In this document: piece by piece, positions 1 through 7,178 of the stretch
How positions within the stretch are numbered: the stretch's first letter is position 1
Layout of the letters: each line of letters starts with the position of its first letter
NCBI GenBank assembly: GCA_043809245.1
Contig: JAZDDZ010000009.1
Span: 1-44,618 of the forward strand
Direction of reading: 5' to 3'
DNA length: 44,618 nt
From: Candidatus Iainarchaeum sp.
GTDB taxonomy: Archaea; Iainarchaeota; Iainarchaeia; Iainarchaeales; JAZDDZ01
Program-made: the position numbers and the translations under genes
The notes under the pieces: model-generated
Told to the model about the DNA's origin: nothing
Seen by the model: the letters and a program-made list of their open reading frames with translations, nothing else
Databases searched by the model: none

Positions 1-53
1 ACCTTTTCAATAACCTCAAAACCCTCCATGCGCAGAGAAATTGTCTTTTTCAT
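1..53 (-). CDS. N-terminal fragment of a DUF2080-like small protein; runs off the window edge
   Basis: Not in the ORF track. Manual translation from the ATG at 53 gives MKKTISLRMEGFEVIEKV..., resembling the 'EG(Y/F)EVIEK.V' start of archaeal DUF2080 proteins. A TATA-like TTTAAA lies ~30 nt upstream. Confidence 0.6.
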   Translation of the reverse strand, partial: MKKTISLRMEGFEVIEK

Positions 54-88
54 AGTAGCTACTTTGTAGCTACAATATGCGTTTAAAC
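54..88 (-). promoter_or_regulatory. Tandem palindromic operator candidate plus TATA-like box
   Basis: AGTAGCTACT (54-63) and TTGTAGCTACAA (64-75) are adjacent perfect palindromes sharing GTAGCTAC, 11 bp apart. They sit between GTTTAAAC (81-88) and the ATG at 53. Confidence 0.55.
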
Positions 89-174
89 ATATCTATTAGC
101 CAAAATAACCAAAAGGAAGTCAAAAATCGTTAGCAGTTACGGTGGCAATGTCTGAACTTTGTATGGCAATAATT

Positions 175-726
175 TCATATTTGCTGCCATACTTCCGCAA
201 AGTTGTCAACCAACTCGTCAAAGAACGATTTCTTGTGCTCAACAAGCAGCTCCGCTGTGCGCTTGGTGTCGGAGAGGGAGAAAATTACTTCGCGGCCCCT
301 GCGCTCTTTTTTCAGCAGGCCTACGCCGACCATTTTGTCCAGGTGCACGGAAACAGTTGAGGGGGAAAGGGAAACCGCTGCAGCGATATCCATGTTGTTT
401 GCGGACTTGGATTTGCTTTGGAGAAGAAACAAAACTATTTGCCTGATGCTTTGCTGGCGCAAAATGCCTAATGCAGCCGCATCAAAGGACTCAATCATTT
501 CCCTTATCGTGTAATAGCGCGCGAACTTTTTTTCCTTCAAAACTTTTACAACATGCTTTTTTACCAGGACATCCAAATGGTATTGCAGGGAGCCTGTTGC
601 AAGGCCTGTTCTCCTCTGGAGTTCGCGGAAATGAATGCCGGGAGCGGACTTTATCTCAGTGTAAATCTTTTTCCTTGCGCCAAGCTCCAATGCCTGCGCC
701 TGCTCATCCGATTGCTGTAACGGCAC
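175..726 (-). CDS. Double winged-helix transcriptional regulator (COG3398/ArsR-like)
   Basis: Two wHTH units: IYTEIKSAPGIHFRELQRRTGLATGSLQYHLDVL and IAAAVSLSPSTVSVHLDKMVGVGLLKKERRGREVIF. Confidence 0.85.
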   Translation of the reverse strand: MPLQQSDEQAQALELGARKKIYTEIKSAPGIHFRELQRRTGLATGSLQYHLDVLVKKHVVKVLKEKKFARYYTIREMIESFDAAALGILRQQSIRQIVLFLLQSKSKSANNMDIAAAVSLSPSTVSVHLDKMVGVGLLKKERRGREVIFSLSDTKRTAELLVEHKKSFFDELVDNFAEVWQQI

Positions 727-750
727 GAAACAACACCCTAAATTTACAGT

Positions 751-1056
751 TCATTTTCTTAAAAGCGCAAAGAAAAGCAAGGCAAGTATCAGGAAGTCAA
801 CAACGTTCTGCGAGGCTTCAGCGAAAAACAAGCCCGGGCTGTAAAACAAATCGATAAGCCCTATTGCCCCTTTCAATGCAAAGAGGAAAAACGCGCCTGA
901 AACCAGCAAAAGCCTTTGGGTTTTGTTTTTTTTGTATGCCTTGAATGAAATCAAAAGCAAGGCAAGCGCCAGAATTAAAACTATTGCGCTGGTGTAAAAG
1001 TCAAGCTGTTCCGCCAAGCCGGTTAAAGGCCTTAGCAAATCCCATGGGTTAGACAA
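751..1056 (-). CDS. Small membrane protein (3 predicted TM helices), probably co-transcribed with the wHTH regulator
   Basis: Three hydrophobic stretches; SD-like GAGGTGA at 1063-1069 on the minus strand; TTG start. Confidence 0.75.
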   Translation of the reverse strand: MSNPWDLLRPLTGLAEQLDFYTSAIVLILALALLLISFKAYKKNKTQRLLLVSGAFFLFALKGAIGLIDLFYSPGLFFAEASQNVVDFLILALLFFALLRK

Positions 1057-1088
1057 AAAAAATCACCTCTCACCTTGAATTGACTGAT

Positions 1089-1150
1089 AAAAAAAACAGC
1101 GATAAAAAGAAAAAGGGCAGCAATTGGTTTTTTTCAAAACCAACTGTGCC
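1089..1150 (-). terminator. Hairpin with GAAA tetraloop followed by U-tracts
   Basis: Minus strand reads GGCA-CAGUUGGUUUU-GAAA-AAAACCAAUUG-C-UGCC (1150-1116), then CUUUUUCUUUUU and a second U8 run. A G-U pair and the GNRA loop favour this strand. Confidence 0.55.
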
Positions 1151-1250
1151 ACGGTAGGGTGATTTCGTGTTAGTGAAACAACTTTGCGCTGACAGTGGAA
1201 TGCGAATGAAACTTTGCGCTCAAGCATTATTTCCTTGCATTACACTGGCA
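1089..1250 (-). ncRNA. Candidate structured leader or small RNA
   Basis: TATA-like TATATAAA on the minus strand (1272-1279). Inverted repeat 1193-1203/1237-1247 (10/11 pairs). Direct repeat AACTTTGCGCT at 1180-1190 and 1210-1220. Terminator-like hairpin downstream. Confidence 0.4.
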
Positions 1251-1336
1251 TATACACATTGCGCCTTGGGCTTTATATAGGGTTTTTGGTGCAAAGCGCA
1301 AAGGATAGGGCAAAAGGCGAATTTGGGGGGAAGAGA

Positions 1337-1822
1337 CTATTGTTCGCTTATTTTTCTGCTTAACGCTTTTTCAACGGCTTTTGGGACAAAGCCGGAAATA
1401 TGGCCTCCAAGCAATGCAATTTCTTTCACTGTGCTTGAGGAAATGTAAAAGTATTTTGGGTTGGTCATTATGAAGACAGTTTCAACTTTTGGGGCGAGCT
1501 TCCTGTTGACAATGGACTGCCTGAATTCCGCGTGAAAGTCCGTAACTTCCCTTAACCCGCGCACGATTATTTTGGCTTTCTCTTTTTTTACAAAGTCAAC
1601 GAGAAGGCCGTCAAACGGCTTGACTGAAACCCTTTTGAATTTTTTCGTTGCACCCTTAAGGAGCGCAATCCTTTCATCGATTGAAAAAAAAGGCGCCTTT
1701 CCAGGGTTGTCTGTAACCGCAATTACAATCTCATCGAACAGCTGGAGTGCCCTCTCGATTACGTCAATGTGACCCAAAGTCACGGGGTCAAAGGTTCCCG
1801 CATAAATCGCCTTCCTTTTCAT
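1337..1822 (-). CDS. coaD: Phosphopantetheine adenylyltransferase, bacterial type
   Basis: Motifs AIYAGTFDPVTLGHIDVIERA, IVRGLR...DF..EF and ISSSTVKEIA. Start placed at ATG 1822, which overlaps the coaE stop (ATGA). Confidence 0.95.
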   Translation of the reverse strand: MKRKAIYAGTFDPVTLGHIDVIERALQLFDEIVIAVTDNPGKAPFFSIDERIALLKGATKKFKRVSVKPFDGLLVDFVKKEKAKIIVRGLREVTDFHAEFRQSIVNRKLAPKVETVFIMTNPKYFYISSSTVKEIALLGGHISGFVPKAVEKALSRKISEQ

Positions 1823-2415
1823 CCGCTCAACTTCCTTAATTTTTTGCACAGATTGCGCGCAGCAGCCCTTGCCTTTTTTTTGGAGCCGCTGCTATCAATT
1901 ACATAATCGGCAAATTTAAGTTTCTTTCTCAGGGGAAGCTGTGCGGAAATGATTTTTTTCGCAAATGAAAGGGAGACGCCCCTGCACTTCATGAGGCGCT
2001 CGGCCTGCTGACTGCGCCGGCACTTTACGACAATGATTGCATCAAACAGCCCCTGCATTTTTGCCTCAAACAAAAGCGGGGCGACAACAACCACAAGGCT
2101 GTTCCGCTTTCCAAGCAGTTTCACGGAGCGCTTTACCCCGCGTATCACAAGCGGGTGCACCAATGCATTTAGGCGCCTGAGCTTTTTTTTGCTGTTGAAT
2201 ACCGCTGAAGCAAGCGAGTTCCTGTCAACGGCATTGTTTTTTTTAAGGGCGCCTTTGCCGAAATTTTTTGCAAGAAGCCTCTGGACTGGTTTCTTTTTGT
2301 AAAGCCCTTTAACTATTTCGTCTGCGTCAATTATTTTTGCGCCGCACGCGGAAAACTCTTCGGCAACCATTGATTTGCCTGAAGCGATTCCACCAGTCAA
2401 GCCAATTAGAAGCAT
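1819..2415 (-). CDS. coaE: Dephospho-CoA kinase, bacterial CoaE type
   Basis: IGLTGGIASGKS P-loop, IIDAD, LNALVHPLV, PLLFE and K...ADYVIDSSG. Start taken as ATG 2415 (alternative TTG 2424). Confidence 0.93.
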   Translation of the reverse strand: MLLIGLTGGIASGKSMVAEEFSACGAKIIDADEIVKGLYKKKPVQRLLAKNFGKGALKKNNAVDRNSLASAVFNSKKKLRRLNALVHPLVIRGVKRSVKLLGKRNSLVVVVAPLLFEAKMQGLFDAIIVVKCRRSQQAERLMKCRGVSLSFAKKIISAQLPLRKKLKFADYVIDSSGSKKKARAAARNLCKKLRKLSG

Positions 2416-2490
2416 AATAAACAAGGTTTGGATTTGTGCATAAAAACATATTGCCGGTTCGGAAAGTTAAAGGCAAAGGGTTAATTTAAT

Positions 2491-2657
2491 GGAAAGCTTT
2501 AGGTTTAACGGCGCAAAGCGTTTGAAATCCGCAGCCCTTCGGGGCAACGGAGAGTAGCTTTCCGCCTAGTTGGCGCTAAAAGGGAGCATGGTTCAAACCC
2601 TTAGAATATAAGGGTAAATGCTGCGCTCCCTTGCCAACGTCAAACTGATTCTTTTTA
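2491..2657 (+). ncRNA. Unidentified two-domain structured RNA candidate (independent ncRNA or PMM/PGM leader)
   Basis: Helices 2491-2498/2556-2563, 2507-2510/2519-2522, 2528-2531/2548-2551 enclosing GCCC-UUCG-GGGC, 2569-2574/2633-2638, 2580-2587/2625-2632 and 2597-2603/2609-2615. Followed by a T-rich run. Confidence 0.6.
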
Positions 2658-2692
2658 ATTCTTCGGGAGATAAAATTAAATTGGAGAGTTGA

Positions 2693-4174
2693 ATGAAAAT
2701 CGCAAAGGAAATTTTTCGGCAGTACGACATAAGGGGAATTGCGGGAAAGGAGCTTAACGCGGAAGCGGTTGAAGCGATTGGAAAAGCCTTTGGTTCTTTT
2801 TTGCATGAAAAAGGGGTTAAGGAAGCCGTTGTGGGAAGGGACAACAGGAAAAGCAGCAGAGAATTAAGCGAAGCGGTTGTTAGGGGGCTTGTTGCGGCTG
2901 GCTGCAATGTTGTTGATTTGGGGGAAGTGATCACCCCAATGCTTTACTATGCAAGGCACCATTTCAAAACAGGCGGAGGGATAATGGTCACGGGTTCGCA
3001 TAACCCCCCGGAATACAACGGGTTAAAGCTCGCGCAAGGGCATGGCTGCATTTACGGAAAAGACATCCAGAAAATAAGGGAACTGGTTGAGGAAGATGCG
3101 GCTAAGATTGATGAAAAGTCTATAGAGGAGAGGGGCCAGGAATACCCAGAAACTGGGGGTGCCCTGCAGGGTACCCGTGGTTTGGTTGAAAAGGAAAAAT
3201 TTGTGAAAGCCGCGGAAAAGGGAAAGTATGAAAAAAGGGGAATCGCGGAAGAGTACGCTAAAATGCTGGAGAAAAAAATTGTTTTAGGAAAGGAAAAAAA
3301 ACTGAAAATTGTTCTGGACTGCGGTAACGGAACCGCCTCGCTTTTTGCGGAAAAAATCTTCATGCAATGGGGCTGCGAAGTGGAGCCCTTGTTTTGCGAT
3401 TCAGATTCCGGCTTCCCGAATCATTTTCCAGACCCCACAAAAGAAGAGAACCTCAAGCAGCTGATTGAAAAAGTCAAGGAAACAGGGGCTGACGCGGGAA
3501 TCGCTTTTGACGGCGACGCTGACAGGATAGGCGTTGTTGACGAAAAAGGCGGAGTCGTGTGGGGCGACATGCTCATGGTTTTGTTTGCAAGGGAACTGCT
3601 GAAAAAAAGAAAGGGAGAAAAAGTTTTAGTGGAAGTCAAGTGCTCGCAGGCGCTCATAGATGAAGTGGAAAAATTAGGCGGAAAGGCAATAATGTGCGCG
3701 ACAGGGCATTCGCTGATAGAGGCAAGGATGCGGGAAGAAAACGCCCTGCTAACAGGGGAAATGAGCGGCCACATTTTTTTTGCGGACGAATACTTTGGGT
3801 TTGATGACGCGTTTTATGCCGCGGGAAGGCTGCTAAGGATTTTAAGCAACTCAAGGGAAAGCCTAAGTGAAATGCTTGAAAGCGCGGCAAAGTATTATTC
3901 AACGCCCGAAATGCGCATTGACTGCAGTGACAGCGAAAAATTTAATGTGGTTGAAAAGGTGAAACGCTATTTCAAGGCGCAAAAATATGACACGATTGAC
4001 GTGGACGGAGTAAGGGTTTTGTTCAAAAACAGGGGCTGGGCGCTTGTGAGGGCATCAAATACAGAGCCAAAACTGATTGTGAGGGCGGAAGCCAAAACAA
4101 GCGCGGAATTGAAAAGCATATGCGTAATAGTGAGGGAATCACTGAATAAAGTGGGAGTAGAAGCAAACCTTTAA
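2693..4174 (+). CDS. Phosphomannomutase/phosphoglucomutase (alpha-D-phosphohexomutase, AlgC-like)
   Basis: IFRQYDIRG, TGSHNPPEYNG (phosphoserine), FDGDADR (metal), GEMSGH (sugar) and VRASNTEP motifs. Confidence 0.95.
   Translation: MKIAKEIFRQYDIRGIAGKELNAEAVEAIGKAFGSFLHEKGVKEAVVGRDNRKSSRELSEAVVRGLVAAGCNVVDLGEVITPMLYYARHHFKTGGGIMVTGSHNPPEYNGLKLAQGHGCIYGKDIQKIRELVEEDAAKIDEKSIEERGQEYPETGGALQGTRGLVEKEKFVKAAEKGKYEKRGIAEEYAKMLEKKIVLGKEKKLKIVLDCGNGTASLFAEKIFMQWGCEVEPLFCDSDSGFPNHFPDPTKEENLKQLIEKVKETGADAGIAFDGDADRIGVVDEKGGVVWGDMLMVLFARELLKKRKGEKVLVEVKCSQALIDEVEKLGGKAIMCATGHSLIEARMREENALLTGEMSGHIFFADEYFGFDDAFYAAGRLLRILSNSRESLSEMLESAAKYYSTPEMRIDCSDSEKFNVVEKVKRYFKAQKYDTIDVDGVRVLFKNRGWALVRASNTEPKLIVRAEAKTSAELKSICVIVRESLNKVGVEANL
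3084..3189 (+). repeat. 99-bp in-frame insertion with hairpins, bounded by a TGGTTGA direct repeat
   Basis: TGGTTGA at 3084-3090 and 3183-3189. Internal CCCAG-AAA-CTGGG (3145-3157) and near-perfect palindrome GGGTGCCCTGCAGGGTACCC (3157-3176). Confidence 0.55.
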
Positions 4175-4212
4175 ATTAATAAAATTTATAATATAACAAG
4201 TGAAAACTTAAA

Positions 4213-7173
4213 ATGCGCAGACTCCTGCTTTCACTTGCCCTGCTGTTGCTGTTTGCACAGATTGCCTTAGCCGAAGAGCTGATAACGTATGCGGGAGGCA
4301 TTGACACAATCGCGCAGATAGATGGGGGAAACTATTACGCATCCAGATATAACGCGCCGCCGCTTGGCTCGACTAAAACGGAAATAAAAAAAACAACAGT
4401 GAAAGGCGTCCACGAATGGACAAGATGGTATGCCCCTGATCCCGCGGCCGTGGACATATACATGACTGGAATCCTCTACCTGTGGGCGTCGTCGATGAGC
4501 ATTTCAGGCGATTCAGCGCAGTACAGGGCAAGCATTTATGATTTCAATCCCTCAACAGGCTCAAGCACGCTGATTGCACAAAGCCAATGGAAAAGCATGG
4601 CGAATGGAAGCAATGAAACAACAATTCCGTTTGCAGCCGCATACAGGCTTCTCGCCGGGCGAGTAATAAAAATGGTCATGGACTACAATGCTTCAAATGG
4701 CGGCGGGGAAGTAAAGCTGACAGTTGACGAAACGCAAAGCGGCGCGCACCTTGGATGGGAGTTGTCAAACGGCAAAAGCTATGCGTTAAGCAATGTCGTT
4801 TCAACTGCAGCCGCATACATGCCAATTTGCTTCAGCGCAGTGCAGTGCTCAATTAATGCAAACTGCGACGACGGAAGCGCGGCAACACAGGATTTATGTG
4901 AAAACGCGGGAAGCTGCAATGCAAGCTGTTCGCACGCCCCTGTGCAGGGGGGAACTGTTGCATGCAGCTCGAATGCGGAATGCAACGACAATAACGCAGG
5001 AACAACAGATTCATGCAATAACCCCGGAACAGAATCATCTTATTGCTCTCACACGCCAATAGTTAACCACTTCAGTGACCAGAACAGCGGGCAGACCCCT
5101 GCTGGAAATGACGCATGCGTTATTGTGTGCAGGTCGGACAGCGACTGCAACGACAAAAACCCAATAACCACAGACTCCTGCACCGGCGCAGGAACATGCA
5201 GTTCAGCCTGCTCAAACCAGGCCTGCACAATTGCATGCAGCGCAAACAGCGACTGCGATGACAGCAATCCATTGACATCAGATGTTTGCTCGGGTTCGGG
5301 AAAATGCGATGCTTCTTGCTCGCACAGCAGCTGCACGCCTGCGTGCTCGGCTAACGCGGATTGCGATGACGGAAACCCCGCAACAAAAGACGTTTGCGCT
5401 GGGGCTGGAAGATGCAGTGCAATATGCAGCCATCTTGAAAAATGCGGAAACGGAATCATTGACCCTGGTGAAACGGAATGCAATTGCCCGGATGACGTGC
5501 AAAAAACCTGCGGGGGAAATGCGCCCTCCAAATGCCAGGAGTATGCCTGCATTGGAAACAACTGCCAGATTGTTCCAAAACTCGGGTGCTGTGGAAACAA
5601 TATCTGCGAGCAAAGCGAGGACTATGGAAGCTGCCCTGCTGACTGCGAGCCGAAAAAAATTACAGTTGATGTTTCAGACATTGACGGAAGAACCTATTAC
5701 CTCAGGGGCGAAACAGCGCGAATCAAGGCAGTTGTAACCGCAGACGGCGTGCCAATAAACAGTGCGTCAGTTAAAATAAGCGGTTCATTCGGCGAAAAAA
5801 CTTTTTTCAACGACGGAACGCATAATGACGCCAGGGAATACGACAACATTTATACCGCTTTCATTCCCATTGGAAAAGAACAGGCTGAGGGGACGATTGT
5901 TGCGGCAGTAGAAGCGGTTGTCGGCAGGAGAAAAGGATATGCCGCAAAAACAATTGCAGTGAAGCCTGCGCTTGACCTGCAGCTTTCAACCGACAAGGAA
6001 AATTACAATCTGGGGGATGAAATAATGATAACTGGCGTGCTCAGGCGCAGAAACAATGCGTTGCAGCTCCCGATTGACTTCAACATTGTGCAGGAAAGGA
6101 AAACCGTGCTTTCAAAGGAAATTGTTCCGGAAGCCGACGGCTCATTCCGCATAACATACCACACAAGCCTTTTGGACAGGCAGGGGAAGTGGGCAGTCAA
6201 TGCATTTGCAATCGACGAAAACGGCAACTATGCCGCAATAAGGAAAGACCTTAATTTTTCCTCGCCGGAAATAAAAAGCTTTCTTTCGGTTGAAGTGCAG
6301 AACGCAAAAGAGGTTTACGAAAAGAACAGCGACCTGAACCTCATAGTGCTGGTGAAGCGCGCTGACGGAAGCCTTGCAGACGGAGCGGATGTGGAAATTC
6401 TTTTTCCGGGGCTGCTTCCAATCAAGCTTTCCCCGCTTGGAACCGGGCTTTACGCCTTGAACGCAAAGGTGCCGATTAATGCCCCTGCGGGAAAACAGGA
6501 AATAGGTTTCAGTGCGATGAAGCTTGACTCCGGTGTTTTATCAGGGGGGAATGCATCGGTTGAAATAGAGATAAAGGCAATTGAATTCAAAACAGAATTC
6601 CTTGAGCCATCAAGCCCCATATTCCAGGCGGGAGAGGAAATGCCCATAAGGGTGCGCTTGACTTATCCGAATGGCGAGCCGGCAAGCAGGCTTGACATCA
6701 ATGCAACTGTAAACGGAAAAACAGTGGTGCTTACCGCTGTGGCGCAGGGAATCTATGCTGGGAAATATATTGTAGAGGAAGGCGACACTGGAAACGTTAA
6801 GATAAGCATCAGCGCGGCTGATGCGGGAAACAATTTTTCAAGCAAGGAAACAGAGATTGAGGTGTCAGGCGTATCTGTTCTTTTTTACCTGAGGAAATAT
6901 CCCTTAAGCATAGTGCTATTAGTTATCGCGGTTGTAATAGGCGCATTCGGCACCCAGCGGCTGTTAAAGGCAAGGGGAAACGCGAAGGGGCTGAGGAAAA
7001 GGGAGGCTGAACTGATACAGCTTGTCAAGGAAGTGCAGCTGCAGTACTTCAAAGAGGCCTCGCTTGACAAAAAAAGCTATGACAGGCTAATGAACCAGTA
7101 TGAAACAGAATTGTCAGAGACAAGGAAAAAGGCTGCGGCGCTTGAAAGCAAACTGAAGCAAAAAAAAGGCTGA
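4213..7173 (+). CDS. Large single-pass surface protein A (986 aa): signal peptide, N-terminal beta-rich domain, Cys-rich repeats, Ig/MG2-like domains, TM helix, SHOCT-like tail
   Basis: Signal peptide MRRLLLSLALLLLFAQIALA. Five C..N.DC(D/N)D.N..T.D.C...G.C...C repeats and CGN-type repeats. FNDGTHNDAREYDNIYTA (choice-of-anchor-X-like) and LSTDKENYNLGD (MG2-like). TM helix, then QLQYFKEASLDKKSY. Confidence 0.85.
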   Translation: MRRLLLSLALLLLFAQIALAEELITYAGGIDTIAQIDGGNYYASRYNAPPLGSTKTEIKKTTVKGVHEWTRWYAPDPAAVDIYMTGILYLWASSMSISGDSAQYRASIYDFNPSTGSSTLIAQSQWKSMANGSNETTIPFAAAYRLLAGRVIKMVMDYNASNGGGEVKLTVDETQSGAHLGWELSNGKSYALSNVVSTAAAYMPICFSAVQCSINANCDDGSAATQDLCENAGSCNASCSHAPVQGGTVACSSNAECNDNNAGTTDSCNNPGTESSYCSHTPIVNHFSDQNSGQTPAGNDACVIVCRSDSDCNDKNPITTDSCTGAGTCSSACSNQACTIACSANSDCDDSNPLTSDVCSGSGKCDASCSHSSCTPACSANADCDDGNPATKDVCAGAGRCSAICSHLEKCGNGIIDPGETECNCPDDVQKTCGGNAPSKCQEYACIGNNCQIVPKLGCCGNNICEQSEDYGSCPADCEPKKITVDVSDIDGRTYYLRGETARIKAVVTADGVPINSASVKISGSFGEKTFFNDGTHNDAREYDNIYTAFIPIGKEQAEGTIVAAVEAVVGRRKGYAAKTIAVKPALDLQLSTDKENYNLGDEIMITGVLRRRNNALQLPIDFNIVQERKTVLSKEIVPEADGSFRITYHTSLLDRQGKWAVNAFAIDENGNYAAIRKDLNFSSPEIKSFLSVEVQNAKEVYEKNSDLNLIVLVKRADGSLADGADVEILFPGLLPIKLSPLGTGLYALNAKVPINAPAGKQEIGFSAMKLDSGVLSGGNASVEIEIKAIEFKTEFLEPSSPIFQAGEEMPIRVRLTYPNGEPASRLDINATVNGKTVVLTAVAQGIYAGKYIVEEGDTGNVKISISAADAGNNFSSKETEIEVSGVSVLFYLRKYPLSIVLLVIAVVIGAFGTQRLLKARGNAKGLRKREAELIQLVKEVQLQYFKEASLDKKSYDRLMNQYETELSETRKKAAALESKLKQKKG
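4828..5650 (+). repeat. Cys-rich protein repeat array (Dictyostelium CTDC/Myxococcus Cys-rich-like); bounds approximate
   Basis: Examples: CSANSDCDDSNPLTSDVCSGSGKCDASC, CSANADCDDGNPATKDVCAGAGRCSAIC and CGNNICEQSEDYGSCPADC. Confidence 0.8.
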
Positions 7174-7178
7174 AAAAA

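Noticed and set aside
1180-1220. CRISPR-like direct repeats
   Set aside because: Only two 11-bp copies 30 bp apart, with no array and no cas genes.
1063-1227. 54-codon minus-strand ORF (MLERKVSFAFHCQRKVV...)
   Set aside because: It has no SD, has an atypical composition and runs through the terminator-like hairpin; RNA structure explains the region better. A leader peptide is not fully excluded.
2565-2625. SRP RNA helix 8, cobalamin riboswitch or tRNA, suggested by AAGGGAGCA and GGUUCAAACCC
   Set aside because: There is no CAGG-CCC-GGAA-GGG-AGCA helix, no B12 box or CCCGCAACUGU, and no cloverleaf. The same bases pair better in the long hairpin described above.
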